The notes: generated from the letters alone by a model not told the origin. A DNA stretch of 63,401 nt, filler included, from Cercozoa sp. M6MM (GCA_040357565.1; 10 parts of 10 records of this genome joined end to end with filler, not necessarily neighbours in it), one strand, 5' to 3'. Counted from the whole stretch's first letter, positions 1 through 15,029 are shown. Program-made: numbers and translations.

Positions 1-47
<47 letters not shown>

Positions 48-50
<3 letters not shown>

Positions 51-2770
51 CACAGTGCAGTCACAGTAGACGGCGCAGTCTGCACCGTGAGAAACGACAT
101 GTCCAGTGTATGCAGATCACGCAGCACCTGGTCGTCGCTGTTGCAACCGCCGTAAAGGAACATGCGCGCACCGAGCAAGGTGGCCGCACACCCGCCACGA
201 GGCTGCGGCACAATGCCACTGTCCGAAGGTCGACTCCACATCATCGTGTCCTGTTAATAAACCCAGATAACGCATGATCCTTCTCACACAAGCACCATGA
301 CACAAAGAGAAAGACACTACCAGCGACAGCAAATGCAGGTCGTTTCCGACCTTGCGCGACGTACCACCGCCAAACACGAGCATTTGTCTCCTGCATAATA
401 CAAAACACATACACATGGACCAGTTAAGCTTCTCAAACAACAGAACTACCTGCCTTGACTCACATGCCGGGGCACAGCGATTGCCACATGACCTAAACAA
501 TCGGGATTGGCGTTTCTCATCAACGAAGAAGTAACTGTGGCACTGTACCTGCGCGGGGTGACGGAGGAGTGCCTCTGCAATGCGGCTGCGACCTACACAA
601 CACAGATACAATAAGACAAGACAAAGAAAATGAAAAAGTACCAAGTCATTGTTTTGACGTGCAGGACATGCAAATCACCTGAGCAAACAGGCTTGATTAT
701 ACGGGAAAACCACACTATATTCCCAAGATTCAAAATTAGCACATACCAAGTCCTCCGTTGGTGTTGTAGCCACCAAACACGACCTGAACAAACCGAGCAA
801 TGAGCAATGACTTATTCATTTTAATAGCGTAATTTTGTTGAGAGTTTTGTACCAATAGTTCATCGTCGTCGTGCACACCGCGCACACAGACCGCAGTGTG
901 ACCTAAATGACACTCAAAAGATGCACTAAACTGAAGTATGTGAGTCGAGTTAAGTCAAGATATTCACCAGCCCGGGGAGACGGCGGCGTTCCTCGTGTTG
1001 CCTGCAGGGTTAACAAAAATAAAAGCAATACAGGCTAGTATAAGACAACGAACCGTATGTTCCGGACCGAGCCATTCCATGCGTTCCGTCGAGAAAATGT
1101 GAATGTCGTTGTAGATACAGGATTCGTCGTTTCCTGACAAAAGCAGAAAACTTCACGCAAATGAAAAGTGAACTTGGTGAAGAGAACTACCTCCAAAAAC
1201 TAAGATTCGATTGCCGCTCATTACAGTCGCCTGTTTCGTAACACTGTTTGACTAACAAATAGAAGCGTGTGTGCTGCAGTTTACCGAGTGCGCAGCACGC
1301 GGACGCGGAGGAACGCCCTTGATCCGCGGTTGATACCAGAACAGCATGGTTTGCACATCGCGTGCGTCCACTTCTTCCTCCTCATCCTGCCGAAAACATC
1401 AAACGGAATGAAACCGAGAACAAAAGAAAAAGGAGAAATATATATATATATATATATATAGAAATAGGACAAACCTCATCATCATCCTTGGTGGGCAGAA
1501 GTGCCTTGCGACTCTCCTTGAGCACGGCGTCTTCGTTCGGTTCCTCGTTGGTGTCGCCTTCACTGTCGCTGTCGTTTCCAAGCACCAGCCCCACCCCTGC
1601 AACAGTTGATCCATCCGTTTGGTTCAGAAGACATTAACAGTTAAAAGTACCCAACTTTGGCACGAATGACTGTCGGAATTCGGTATCGAGAACATGCACA
1701 TCATTCAGGTAGACGCTCTACCACACAAGGAACACAGTACATATCAGTTGCACGTATACACAGTAAAAAGTACGTGCGATGACGCAGGAGAAACCGAAGC
1801 TCGACCACCTGTACAGCTTGTGAATGAAACAAAAACTCAAACAAGACTAGGACAAGGTGTACCAATAACAACGACGTGCGATCCAACGGTGCACATCGTG
1901 TGCGAGTATCGCGCACACGGTGCCACACCTGCCACCACGGGTCGATCCCAGGTCAGCGTGTCTTTCACTTCGAGCGACCTTCAGATCAATCGAAGATACA
2001 AAAAGCTGACAAACGGGAGAGTCGAAACAAACCACAAATCGTTGCCTTGCGCACTGCCGAAACCACCAAACAAGAAAACTCGAGGCACGGCACCCGATTC
2101 AACTGCAAACAATACCGAATCTTCACATTTTTATCATTGAAATTGCGAAATACCGGCACACATGCCCAAACAGTTCCGTTCACCCGGTTGTGGGCCTCCT
2201 GCGTACCAAACGCATGCAGTGATACAAATACTGCTCTGGAGCAACTCAAAGCACCTGCAACAGCGAAGGACCACGTCATGGTATCATGCACGACGTTGGC
2301 TGCCGCGATCTCGTCAAGCGTGCTGTGGAGTTTCTGGCATTAGTATTTGCATGAGTCGGCAAACAAACACAAGTACGGTCTGTGTTCGAGGAAAGCGGCG
2401 AGTTGATGTGCCGCAATTGTGTGCCGGTTGTTGAACCCTGCACACGGTGTGTACTTTTAAACACAATCGGTGGCTGGCTGTACGGCTAAACTACCATGAT
2501 GATGCGACGATGTGCTGCTTTCTGCTCAGAAAACACGTTCGCTTCAAAATGGGACAGAATGTGATGTATCAAAATGGGACAGAATGTGATGTATCATACC
2601 GAGTCGCTGCAGGACTGGAGCATGCGAATGGAGCGCCGAATCCGGAGACTACATTCCGCGCGTTGGGCGAGTGTTGCAGAAAAAGGGAAAACGAAACCAA
2701 GTACCACATCGATGCTTGCGTAGTCCGTGAGGCCCAATTCCGGCAAAACATCACTCGAAATGCGCTCCAT
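48..2770 (-). CDS. Kelch-repeat protein, multi-exon, 3' partial (runs off window start)
   Basis: Spliced exons give repeated Kelch signatures: APCARYSHTMCTVGSHVVVIG, YLNDVHVLDT, SPRL/GHTAV...VFGGYN, MLVFGGGTSRKVGNDLHLL, WSRPSDSGIVPQPRGGCAATLLGARMFLYGG...LRDLHTLD. Probable start MERISSDV at 2770. Confidence 0.8.
2544..2596. repeat. 25-bp direct tandem duplication in a Kelch-gene intron
   Basis: TCAAAATGGGACAGAATGTGATGTA occurs twice in tandem. Confidence 0.9.
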
Positions 2771-3047
2771 TGCCCTTTCGTTTCCTTGGCTGATTAGTCA
2801 ATCCGCACTGAAAGGGCACCTCGACACGGACGAAAATAAAAACGGGCAGTTTCTAACTGCACTAAGTGTGGAATGCAACGAGCAAACAACAGATTAGGCA
2901 CAGAACTACTGCTCACACACGATCTGTCCAAGCCAGGGCAAGCTGACTAACGCAGCTTTAACCGTCCTGTTTCGGCAGCTTTAGATCGCGATTGCGTGCT
3001 CACGTGTCTCTTAGCAGAGCACGCAGGGAGACCAAGAGGGTTAAAAC

Positions 3048-5221
3048 ATGTTTGCACGCTGTGGCGTACGTTGGCTGTCCAAGTCGCGTTCGCGCAAGGA
3101 ATTGGCCGAGCTGCTGGCGAAATATACCAGCGAGAATGACCGCGAACAGGTTTGTGCGTGTTTTATGCAGTCATCGATGCCTCTGGTGAATATCCCAATT
3201 GCAGATAATGACCGGCGTGGGAAAGGGAAGCCAAGCAAAGTCAGAAGGAGGCGAAAAGCCGCAGCAAACTGGCGACGAGATTGTAGCTCTTTGAGTCAGC
3301 GTGCTTTGCTTTCTGGTGTTGATTGCCTCCGCGCGTATAGGAGCTGTTGTTCCAAAACGAACTGCTGCTAAAACACGACCGCAAAAACTCTGCGTCGCCT
3401 GGTTTCGCAACTGATGTACTAAGCTGCGTTCACAGTTTCGTGAGTGGCGGCAAACTCGATCATTTTATAGCCGCTGTTGCGAACTGAGCACCAGATGAAC
3501 TCCGACGTTCTTTCGCGGTAAATTAACTGAACTGTCGTTGTGTTTTTATAGTTTATATCTGTTTAGAATTGCCAAAGTGCAGCCGCTTCGTTTGGTGTCA
3601 GCATTTGCTGGTCGGTCGTTTTTTGTATTTTTACGCCCAGTCAGACTGATTCGTTTCTTCAGGTCTCGCACGCGACGAGTTGGCCGAGAAGGCGGCCAGA
3701 TTCGCAGGCAACGACGGTGTGATTCGTTTGCCGGTCCTGGACGAGGACGGCATCGATGCTGAGGACCAGGATGACCTCGATACTGAGGACCTCGTGTTCC
3801 CCAGTACTGCGCACCCCCTTAGTCGAACCATGTTCCGACCCAACCAACCTGTGTGCAGAGGGCCCCCTGCACGCCACGCTCTTTGGCTGTGACGCTGCTT
3901 CTGCCTCGCCTTTTCACGTGGCTGTATGCGACGCGCTGCTGCTGCCGCCTGAACCTCGCGATCAGATCGACAATCACGCCTTCTTGAAACAGATGGACGG
4001 CACCGAGAACGACCCTGACCCAGAACCGCTCGGTGGTCAGCCCCGGAGGTACAAAGCGCTCAAAAACGGCACCGACTGATCAAACTTTTCGTTTAGACTG
4101 CGTGCTGCGCGTTTTGCCGGCGAGCTGATGCACGGCATTTCTGCTGCGCTCGGTATGGTTTTCCGGTTTCTTGCTTTTTTCCTGTGGTTATAATACCAAC
4201 AAGCTTTCACTTTGTGCAAAAACTGCAGTGGATCCCGAATTTGGCTCGGTTGAGGCCCTGTCGCACCCACGAACACTGGCATCCTCGCTGATTGCGGCTT
4301 CACTTCATGGTAGCTGAGAACTGGTTGTTTTTTTGGCTGTGGCTCAGTTGTTTCTTCTGGTTTTTTGCAGATGTGTCGCCTGTGCTGCGTCGCGAAGCAG
4401 CGGTAGCTTGCATTGTTTTAAAGCTTTGAGTGTATGCGTTTGAATTCACCGACACACAGGCAGTGAGTTTGCTGGTGTTGCACCCCGTCGTGCCGAATGC
4501 AGTGGTCACAGGTGAGTTTCTGTCTTTTTGCCTTTTGCTTTATCTGAAGGTGGCTTTGAACTGTGCGTTTGCAGCTTCGATCGGTGACTGCACTTTTGCC
4601 GTGTTTCGTCCGTCGGAGAACAAGTAGAACTCGTTGTTAAAACAAGTGAAATGTCTCTTCGATTACGTGGTTGTGTTTTTGTTAAGGTTCATGCATCTGC
4701 CCGAGTTCCAGCGCTGGTCGCCGCATGTTCCGAGTACAGCTGAGTTCAGGATGACGACAAAGATGTTTTCATGCAATTTTGGGTCGCAACAGACTTTGTG
4801 ACACCGCCTGCGAGACACTCACGTGGTGTCAATCCCAACAACGGCGCACTGCGCGAACTGGAAGTTTTGCCAGGTATTTTTTTGAGTTTTTAAACACATA
4901 GTTTTCGCAAATTTCTGCACCCTTAACAACAGGCGATGTGGTTGTTATGGCCTCGGATGGATTGTGGGACAATGTATATCCCGACGAGGTGCACAAACTC
5001 ATTCGCGACGCCGAGTTGGGGTACCTGGGTTCTGCTGTGCTTCCTGTGGGTGGGAGGTACTTTCTACTCTACTTGCAGAGCTCAGAGCACGCAGGCGGAA
5101 GTGAAGGCGTGCGCCTCCAGTCTCGTGCAACGTGTGATTACGCAAGCACAGGTGTGTTGTTAAGTTGCACACATAATAAATTTATGAATATATTATATAT
5201 ATATATATATTTTTTTTTAAT

Positions 5222-5256
<35 letters not shown>

Positions 5257-5503
5257 TATGTGCGTGTGTATTTCAGGGAAGAAAGGACGGCCGACCGTCG
5301 CCGTGGGCAATGCACCTGATGCGACAACACCCAAAATCGACAGTCATCGACAGAAAGCGGTACGGCGCAGTCGCTCTACTTTCATTGTTGCGTGCATTGT
5401 TGTTTGTCTCGGCAGAGGCAAGCAGAGCGACGTCGCTGTCTCCATCACTGTCATTCAAACCGCTGCCGACACGAACGTTGGCGACTCTGGCACTCCCGAG
5501 TAG
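3048..5503 (+). CDS. PPTC7/Ptc7-like PP2C-family protein with mitochondrial-type presequence, divergent catalytic motifs
   Basis: Spliced product: MFARCGVRWLSKSRSRK..., QPLRLVSAFAG, FGCDAASA..HVAVCDA, ASIGDCTFAVFR, LPGDVVVMASDGLWDNVYPDEV, RGKQSDVAVSITVI...PE*. Motif order matches Ptc7-type PP2Cs. Confidence 0.75.
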
Positions 5504-6012
5504 CCAGGTACTAGTGGTACTAGTGGTGGCTACGCGCCAGGCATATGGATAGGTCACAACTGTGACAATAGTGGCACTGTGACTCGTGTTACGGCTCAAT
5601 TTCCCTATTGTCAGTCACAGCGCATACCGTACAGTACGGTAGTCGAGTTCATGCTTCCGCGCGGATACAAGTTCATGCTGTAACACTACGCTAACGTAAA
5701 GAACAAACAACGCGGACCAATGCGGGTCCCAGAATCCGTCTCCATGCATGACTCAAACAAAAACGACAATGCCTCTGAGTGCTCAATTATGTTTCTATTT
5801 AAACAACTAGGGTCAGAGATTTTTAAGCCGGCAAGCGGGCTCAGGAACCCTTTTATTGACTGTCCTGTCTACTTCTATTGACGGGTGACTTCCGTTCCCC
5901 ATCCACAGAAGTGCTCGGCTTACTCTCTCTCTCTCTCTCACACAAACTGACACCGAACCATTCGATTCTTCCTCCAAGAACAGACTTTGCCAGTGATGCA
6001 AAATCGACAAGA

Positions 6013-6790
6013 TTAGTCCCATGCCTCGTCGTCGCTGTCGTCGTCATCATCCTGTCGCGACACATGCACAGAGCACTCATGACAACAAGAACAAACAACA
6101 AGAACAAACAACAAGACAAGAAACAACAAGAAAAACAACAAGACCAGAACAAACAGCAAAAAGAAAAAACGGAGGTGATACATCTGGAACGACGTAGCGC
6201 CGGTACTGCGCCAGCGAACGCTCCAGTGTGCCCAAAACGTCCTCGCTCTTTTTGCCGCTGCTTTCGCTGCTTTCGCTTTCGTCGGTTGCCGACTGCTGTA
6301 CACCCACACGTTTACCTCCGTATTTACCCCATCTTTACCCCCCCTCTGCAGTTGGGAGCACCTGGACAGGCGACGCACGGCGCAGTTTCACACCGGCCTG
6401 AATGCCAGCCAGCAGACTGCTCGGCCGTGTGGGACGCGTACTACAGGGAGGGGGTAAAGAGAGATAGGGTGGGGGTAAGATCCAAGCGTACACTGCAGGC
6501 GGTACTGCAGGCGAGGGTACTGCAGGCGGTACTGCAGGCGGTACGGCAGGCGAGGGTACTACAGGCTTCGACGCAACAGGCGAGGGTACTGCAGGCTTCG
6601 ACGCAACAGGCGCGGGTACTGGAGGCGAGGGCACTGGAGGCGAGGGTACTGGGGGCGAGGGTACTGCAGACGAGGGTACTGCAGACGAGGGTACTGCAGG
6701 CACATCAGGAGAAACCTCCGCGCGGACGCGAGTTTCCGCCTGTCGCTTCGCGTCGCGCAGCACTTCGTCCAGCGTGCTTTGCTTCCTGTC
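6013..6790 (-). CDS. WASP/SCAR/WASH-like Arp2/3 activator, C-terminal Pro-rich + WH2-central-acidic (VCA) region, 5' partial
   Basis: Pro-rich repeats, WH2 motif SSLLAGIQAGVKLRRA, amphipathic central helix DVLGTLERSLAQYRRYV, acidic tail DDDDDSDDEAWD* with the hallmark Trp. Confidence 0.8.
6490..6705 (-). repeat. Coding minisatellite (~15-nt unit) encoding AVPSP/PVPSP repeats
   Basis: Plus strand shows repeated GCGAGGGTACTGCAG and variants. Confidence 0.85.
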
Positions 6791-6807
6791 ACGGGGGGGG
6801 GGGGGGG

Positions 6808-6907
6808 NNNNNNNNNNNNNNNNNNNNNNNNNNNNNNNNNNNNNNNNNNNNTTAATTAATTAANNNNNNNNNNNNNNNNNNNNNNNNNNNNNNNNNNNNN
6901 NNNNNNN
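6808..6907. other. Artificial contig linker N44-TTAATTAATTAA-N44 (also at 14779-14878, 26323-26422, 27841-27940, 29838-29937, 35373-35472, 54005-54104, 59299-59398, 61704-61803)
   Basis: Identical 100-nt N-padded six-frame-stop spacer; genes are truncated at it and most contig ends fall in simple repeats. Confidence 0.97.
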
Positions 6908-6950
<43 letters not shown>

Positions 6951-6989
6951 GCCCGTGGATCCTTTTTCGAATAGAATTCCTGGGCTGCC

Positions 6990-8236
6990 ATGATGCGTGC
7001 CTCTGGCGAGCCGCAACGAGCGGAACAGCCCGTTAAGGAGACGGTCGAGGTGGCGCCCGTTGCCGCTGTACGTTTCTTTTATGCACTAGCACACCGCACG
7101 TTGGCACAGTGGGTACAAATTTGGCGAGAGCAGGAGCCGGATGAGTTCGACGAGGCCAAGGTGGTGTCGGTCACCGAGGTAGGTCACACTGCTGTCTAGA
7201 GGAGCAGACGTTTGTAAATACGTGGTCGGCGTTTGCGCGCAGGCCATGGAGGGCTTGGCTGTGGATCAGGACGCAGCCAAGCTGCAGCAGGCACAAGAGC
7301 ACGAGGAGGAGCAAGCCGCTGTTGTGGCCGAGCCCGAGCCCCTGGTCGCCGAGTCGGTGTCGCCGGTGCACGAGGAAAGCGAGCCCGAGCATCCGCTGCC
7401 CGTGGACGCTGCCACTCACGCCGCGGAGCCGATGCATGAGCAGCCTGTGGTTCCGAGCCCGGCGCCGGTGCGCGAGGAGCAGCAGCAGTACTGCCTGGTT
7501 TTCTGAAGAGAGTGGTGATTCAGTGAGTGTTCTTCGTGTTGTTGGCTCAGGTCGCCTAGCGTGGCGATGCAGCCGCAGCAGCAGTCGCCGCACTCGATGG
7601 CACCCGGCGTGGAGCACATGCCGATGCAGCACATGTACGCCTACCCGCCGGCCTTCATGAGCATGCCGCCACACGCACAGTGCGTTTAAACCATATGTGC
7701 TGTTTTCGCCGTTTTCTGTGTTGCCATCATGCACGATGCGCGGATGTAGGTTTGGTGCCGGCCCGGTCGGTCAGGAAGGCGCTGCCGCCCAGCCACCAAT
7801 GTACCGCCGTGTTGTCTGTGTCATATGTGCCACGTGTATGTGCCACGTGTGCCGATGTCTAGGCCCCAGCAAATGTACGGCTACGCTCCGATGCCGCCGA
7901 TGTACGGTATCGGCGAATTCGCTGTGGGGGTATGCGGGAATGTTAACGGGTTTTGTGGCATGCACAGGCTACCCAATGTACGCCGGGTACCCGCCGCACG
8001 CACAGGGACAGTCGCAGCACATGCAGCACGTGCCTTATCCGCAGCAAGCGCAGCAGCACGTGCCGCACGAGCAACAACAGGGGCAGTCGCAGGCGCAGCA
8101 GCAACAACAGCATCAGCATCACGTGCAGCAGCAGGGCTACGGTTCGCAGGGCTATGCGCCACAGCAGGGTTACCCACCGGCGCCGTATTACAGTACGCCG
8201 CAGCAGGGCTACAATGAGTTTGGCTACCAGCGATAG
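6990..8236 (+). CDS. Hypothetical Glu/Pro-rich then Gln/Pro/Tyr-rich low-complexity protein, probably 5' partial
   Basis: GC3-rich exons separated by GT-AG introns: AEPEPLVAESVSPVHEESEPEH, HMYAYPPAFMSMPPH, YPQQAQQH...GYNEFGYQR*. Confidence 0.6.
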
Positions 8237-8339
8237 TTAGTTCAGTTGAGTCTTATACGATAAGAACTATGTTGAGACCCACTATGTTGTTACTGCGCCT
8301 CGATTGCCCAGTCAGTAATGAAAAGAAGGGGGTAGAAAA

Positions 8340-9670
8340 ATCAATCAGTCACTGGGGTCAAGATATACAAAGACCACCGATTGCTGGAATGTAAGGTGAC
8401 GGAAGCTATCAGAAACAACACCACTGCGGCTCAATGGCGCACAATTGAAGACATACTGGCCAACCCTGAGAACCTAGCAACACTCAACAGAATGCGTCGA
8501 GGCACCAAGCTCTCCTGGGACGAGGAAGCAACTGTCGAAAGACAACCAGCCTCCCAGCAGACACTGGACCGAGAGGTCCTCGACATAGACTAGGCCACCA
8601 CTCACCCACTCACAGCAGTGGTGGCCCTAAGTCTATGTCTGATTGCTTGCTACGTTGCCGAGCGGAGAGACGGGAGGACGACGACGGGACGACCGACACC
8701 GCCTCCGGTGCCTCTCTGCTTGTAGCCCGCTCCTACCCAGCCATGAAGTCGACTTTGGTGTCTGGGGAACTACATAGTTTAGTATAACATCATAAATTAC
8801 CAACAGAGTACGGACTGACAAACATTTTACCTGCCAGCGGAAGCGATGACAGATGGCTATCTTTCGAGGAGGCAGTGGGTTGCACGAGGCAGTGGGTTGC
8901 ACGCACTTTTGACCTTTCTCACATCAAGAAGCGGCACGTGCGCGTTAGTTGCTTGTTGTCGGTACACTACACTACAGATCAATGACTGCGAACTGCGACG
9001 GCGGTGACCCAACGTCCTCTGGTGCGTACTGCCAATTTGCACTGTTTGTCCGAATAAACCTCTCAACACGCTCAACTGTAGCAACGGCCCTACCTTGGGG
9101 TATCCTTCTCTCTTCTAATATCATGATAATCTGTCGGTCATTGAGACGTAAATCAAACGACCCTACATTCTTACTTTTCTTTAGTCGTTGCCTTCACTAA
9201 AACTGACAATCTTACATCAACAAATCTCATGTCACGTTCGCCCTGTAGCAGTCTCGTCTCAGTCTTGGTTGGCGTCCAGCGCCCCTCCGCGTCAAAGTCT
9301 CAGGCGCCAGACTGACGTCGACAGCGATGGACGGTATATGCCATGGTTGTTGCAGGGACGATGACGGCACACGGCACGACGTCGTCTGGGAGTCGTTCAA
9401 GCGCCGACGTAGCACACCTTTAGCCGGGCGGCGGACGACTCTTGCGTCCAGCGGAGTCACATTGTGCCCTGCCTGTTGGGGCAACTCACTCCACAACACG
9501 CGCTGGTCACGCGCACTTTCTGCGCAGCACATGGCATACGCCAAAACACACACACAGGCGACGCTGGACCTCAGACTAGTCTTAGCCGGTGTAGTATGGG
9601 CACACGCTGGAATACGCTTAGAGCAGCTAAGACAATCTAATATTTTGGCTGAGACTACACGCGCCGCTTA
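8340..9670 (+). mobile_element. Possible highly decayed non-LTR retrotransposon remnant
   Basis: Intronless, interrupted frames. KDHRLLECKV resembles the terminal SDH motif of APE endonucleases; CHGCCRDDDGTRHDVVWES resembles a degenerate C-terminal zinc knuckle; 18-bp direct repeat at ~8868-8904. Confidence 0.3.
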
Positions 9671-9761
9671 GGGGGAGGCCGAAACACTTCAACTGAATAG
9701 CTCCCACTTAAAGCTCGTAAGTGTGACATAAATACACTATGACTTGGAGGCGAATCAAAGT

Positions 9762-12253
<2,492 letters not shown>

Positions 12254-12316
12254 CTGCACACAACTGACGCGATTAGCGAATGCAAGCTGGTGCTCGTGGC
12301 CAACGGCGACGCACAA

Positions 12317-12384
12317 GAGCCGAAAAGTTTTAGTCGGAGCCGAATAGTATTGGTCGAGCCGAAAGGTTTTGGTTGAGCCGAAAA
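12317..12384. promoter_or_regulatory. Four phased GAGCCGAA motifs upstream of the F1-beta gene (candidate cis-element array)
   Basis: GAGCCGAA starts at 12317, 12337, 12356 and 12375 (period 19-20 nt) with partly divergent spacers, 64-130 nt upstream of the ATG. Confidence 0.45.
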
Positions 12385-12899
12385 GTAGGTTAGACCAAAA
12401 CAAATGCTATTTTTCCAGAGTATGACCCTCAAATACTTTGTAGATTACCCCCCCCCCTCCCTTCGATGCGATTGCCGGTACAGTGTGGCGCGCGCGCCTT
12501 GTGGCTTATGAGCCGCAGTGTACACAGGGCGGTTAACTGCCACAGGTGCGCGTTGGCATGACGTCTGCGAGCGATAAGCCTAAAAGGATTACAACGTAAC
12601 ACGACAGACGCCCTTTAGTTCCGCACGGTTAAGGTCGCTGACGCCTCAAGGCGTGCGCCCAAGGTTAAGTCGTGACTACACCTCGGCCAGGCGGTCACTC
12701 AACCTTCGTACGAACACACAGGGCAGGTATTTGCCTGAGGCAAATCAAGTCCCGGAGGACGATTGTGTCAAGGAAGATGCCTGCCCGCGCCGTCGCTTCG
12801 GCCTGCAGATTAGACGCCACTTTTCTGGTTTGGTGGCACTCGAATCTGTTTGACCACTTGTTCGTTGTTTTGAAAGTGTGCGGATGTCTGCGATGCTGA

Positions 12900-14130
12900 G
12901 TTTGCGCTCTTTGAAAAAGAAGATGCGAAAGCAAAAGCATAACGCCCGCTCAGAAGTGCTAGAGTCATAGCTCTACAGAAGACACACATCGACCCTTGTT
13001 TGCTTCTTTGTCTGCTAGTTCGTTGAGGTGGATGTCGATGTGTGATGGTCCCAGTGTACCGCGATGTGCATGTCCTTTGTCAGTTCCTTCAATCGTGCAT
13101 CAATCTCATCCATCTCTGTTTTGTAAGGTGTCAGGTGCACCAGGAGTGCGATACGGGTGTCTCCTTTTTTTAGCGTGTTTGCTGCATTGCATTATGGCAA
13201 CTCTTCTGCATCGTAGATAGTCGCGTTGGTGATTTTGCCATTTCCGGATCTCTTCCATTGACTGGTTTCCCTGATGTCCAGCCGTAGTGCCGTCAGTTGC
13301 GTACACTTGTTATATCTCTGCTCTGTTCGAGAGGTCACTTGTCAGTCGGAGCCACTTGTGCGTGTGGTGTTCAGCATCGGTTTTCCGTTCTGCCATCTCT
13401 CCGATTGTTTCTGTGTCAAGTCTTTGCGAGTAAATTTAGAGGGCTGCAGATGGCCCCTTGGGGAGTACTACCGTTGACTTGTTTGTCTGTTGATTTCAGT
13501 GTCGTTTCTTCTCACCGAGATGGTTCTCTGAGAGGAAGGACCCCATGAGTAGCAGTTCTTTGTTGATTGCGAATCTGTTCTCTCCGAGTACTTCATTGTT
13601 GATTGCGAATTGGGACCAGTCTAGTGTGCTTTTCTTTTGTAAGTGTTCAGCGAAGATCTCTGCGATGGCTTTGTCTTCTGAGGCACCCTCAATTGTTGAG
13701 GCTCTGGGCGCGCCATTTGTTTCTCTGTCATTGATGTCTCCGTAGTCGAGTGGTCCCCGATTGTTGTGTGTGCGTTTGGTCTGGCCCACTCTCTCCTGCC
13801 ATAGTGCTTGCCTATCAAGGTGAAGGCTTGTCTGAGCTGTTTTCTCGTGTTTTGAGGAGTGCTTCGAGCTCAGAAGCATCTTCATTTTTGTTTCTCAGTT
13901 CCTTGATAAGGTGCATGGTGCTGTATGTGTTCCTCTTGATTTTAATCGAGTCGGCCGATATGCCTAGGCATGTGTTGAGTGATTATTTTGGTAGGTGTTG
14001 ACTCTTATATGGCTTTGGTGATGTCTTCGACAGTGCCGTTGATTTGCTCGATGCTGTCCACATCTCTCTCTTGTGATAGCAGTCGAATCGATTCATGTTC
14101 TGTATTTTTGGAGATCTTTCCTAAGATACT
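12900..14130 (-). mobile_element. Degenerate LINE-like reverse transcriptase fragment
   Basis: Minus-strand VNGSTPQGAICSPL (RT PQG motif, ~13435-13480) followed ~45 codons later by QVYATDG (decayed YADD). Upstream KAIAEIFAEHL and DSIEQINGTVEDITKAI resemble the EN-RT tether. Stops, frameshifts, no introns. Confidence 0.65.
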
Positions 14131-14235
14131 CAACTAACTAACGTCCCTGTTTTTTTTTGCAAAGTACCCTCAATTTACTCAAGACCTGACCCCTATCTGA
14201 GAGGTCTGCGGTGACACTCACGCTGCAAGGAGCGC

Positions 14236-14632
14236 TCAAACAGCGTCAACGCAAATATCGGGCGTCTTAAGCTTGGGCTTCGGATCCCTGCGGAATGATC
14301 GATGCCTCTTCTTGACCGACTCGAACTCGAACTCGGCGCAGCCGTTTCTGGGCCGCACACGTTGCTCGCTGAGGTCGGTGTTTTTCACCTTGGCGGCGAC
14401 GTGACTCCGCATCAACAACACGGCGTCCAGGAAGTGTCGGTGACTACACAGGAGAAATTCGCGTCATTCAGCCCTATCCCTAAAAATTGAATGTAGTTCG
14501 CTCACCTCCGCACAGGCTTGTCCTCGAGGGCAATGGTGAGGTGCGCCGGCGAGGCGGCGAAGTGGTTTACGTGGCGCCATCGCCGATGCAGCTCCTCGTT
14601 GAGACACCCGAGCACGTACTCCACGCCGTACT
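14236..14632 (-). CDS. 3' exons of a hypothetical protein (5' partial)
   Basis: YGVEYVLGCLNEELHRRWRHVNHF...EDKPVR splices GT-AG to SHRHFLDAVLLMRSH...DICVDAV*; upstream intron is (TG)n to the contig end. Confidence 0.5.
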
Positions 14633-14662
14633 ACACACACAGTCGCAGTTGCGCAGTCGCAC

Positions 14663-14778
<116 letters not shown>

Positions 14779-15029
14779 NNNNNNNNNNNNNNNNNNNNNN
14801 NNNNNNNNNNNNNNNNNNNNNNTTAATTAATTAANNNNNNNNNNNNNNNNNNNNNNNNNNNNNNNNNNNNNNNNNNNNGTCACATCCAGTACTAAGGACG
14901 TCGATCGACTCGAATTGTTATTAATCTTTAGAAGAACTCTGTACTCTCGAGACTAACTTTCAGTTGGAGTGCATTTACAGTAGCTGACACTGTTTCACTG
15001 TTGCCGAAGGCGCAAAGCTTCAAACAGTT

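Noticed and set aside
6808-6907. Recurring TTAATTAATTAA palindrome
   Set aside because: Always embedded in fixed N padding; a synthetic six-frame stop linker.
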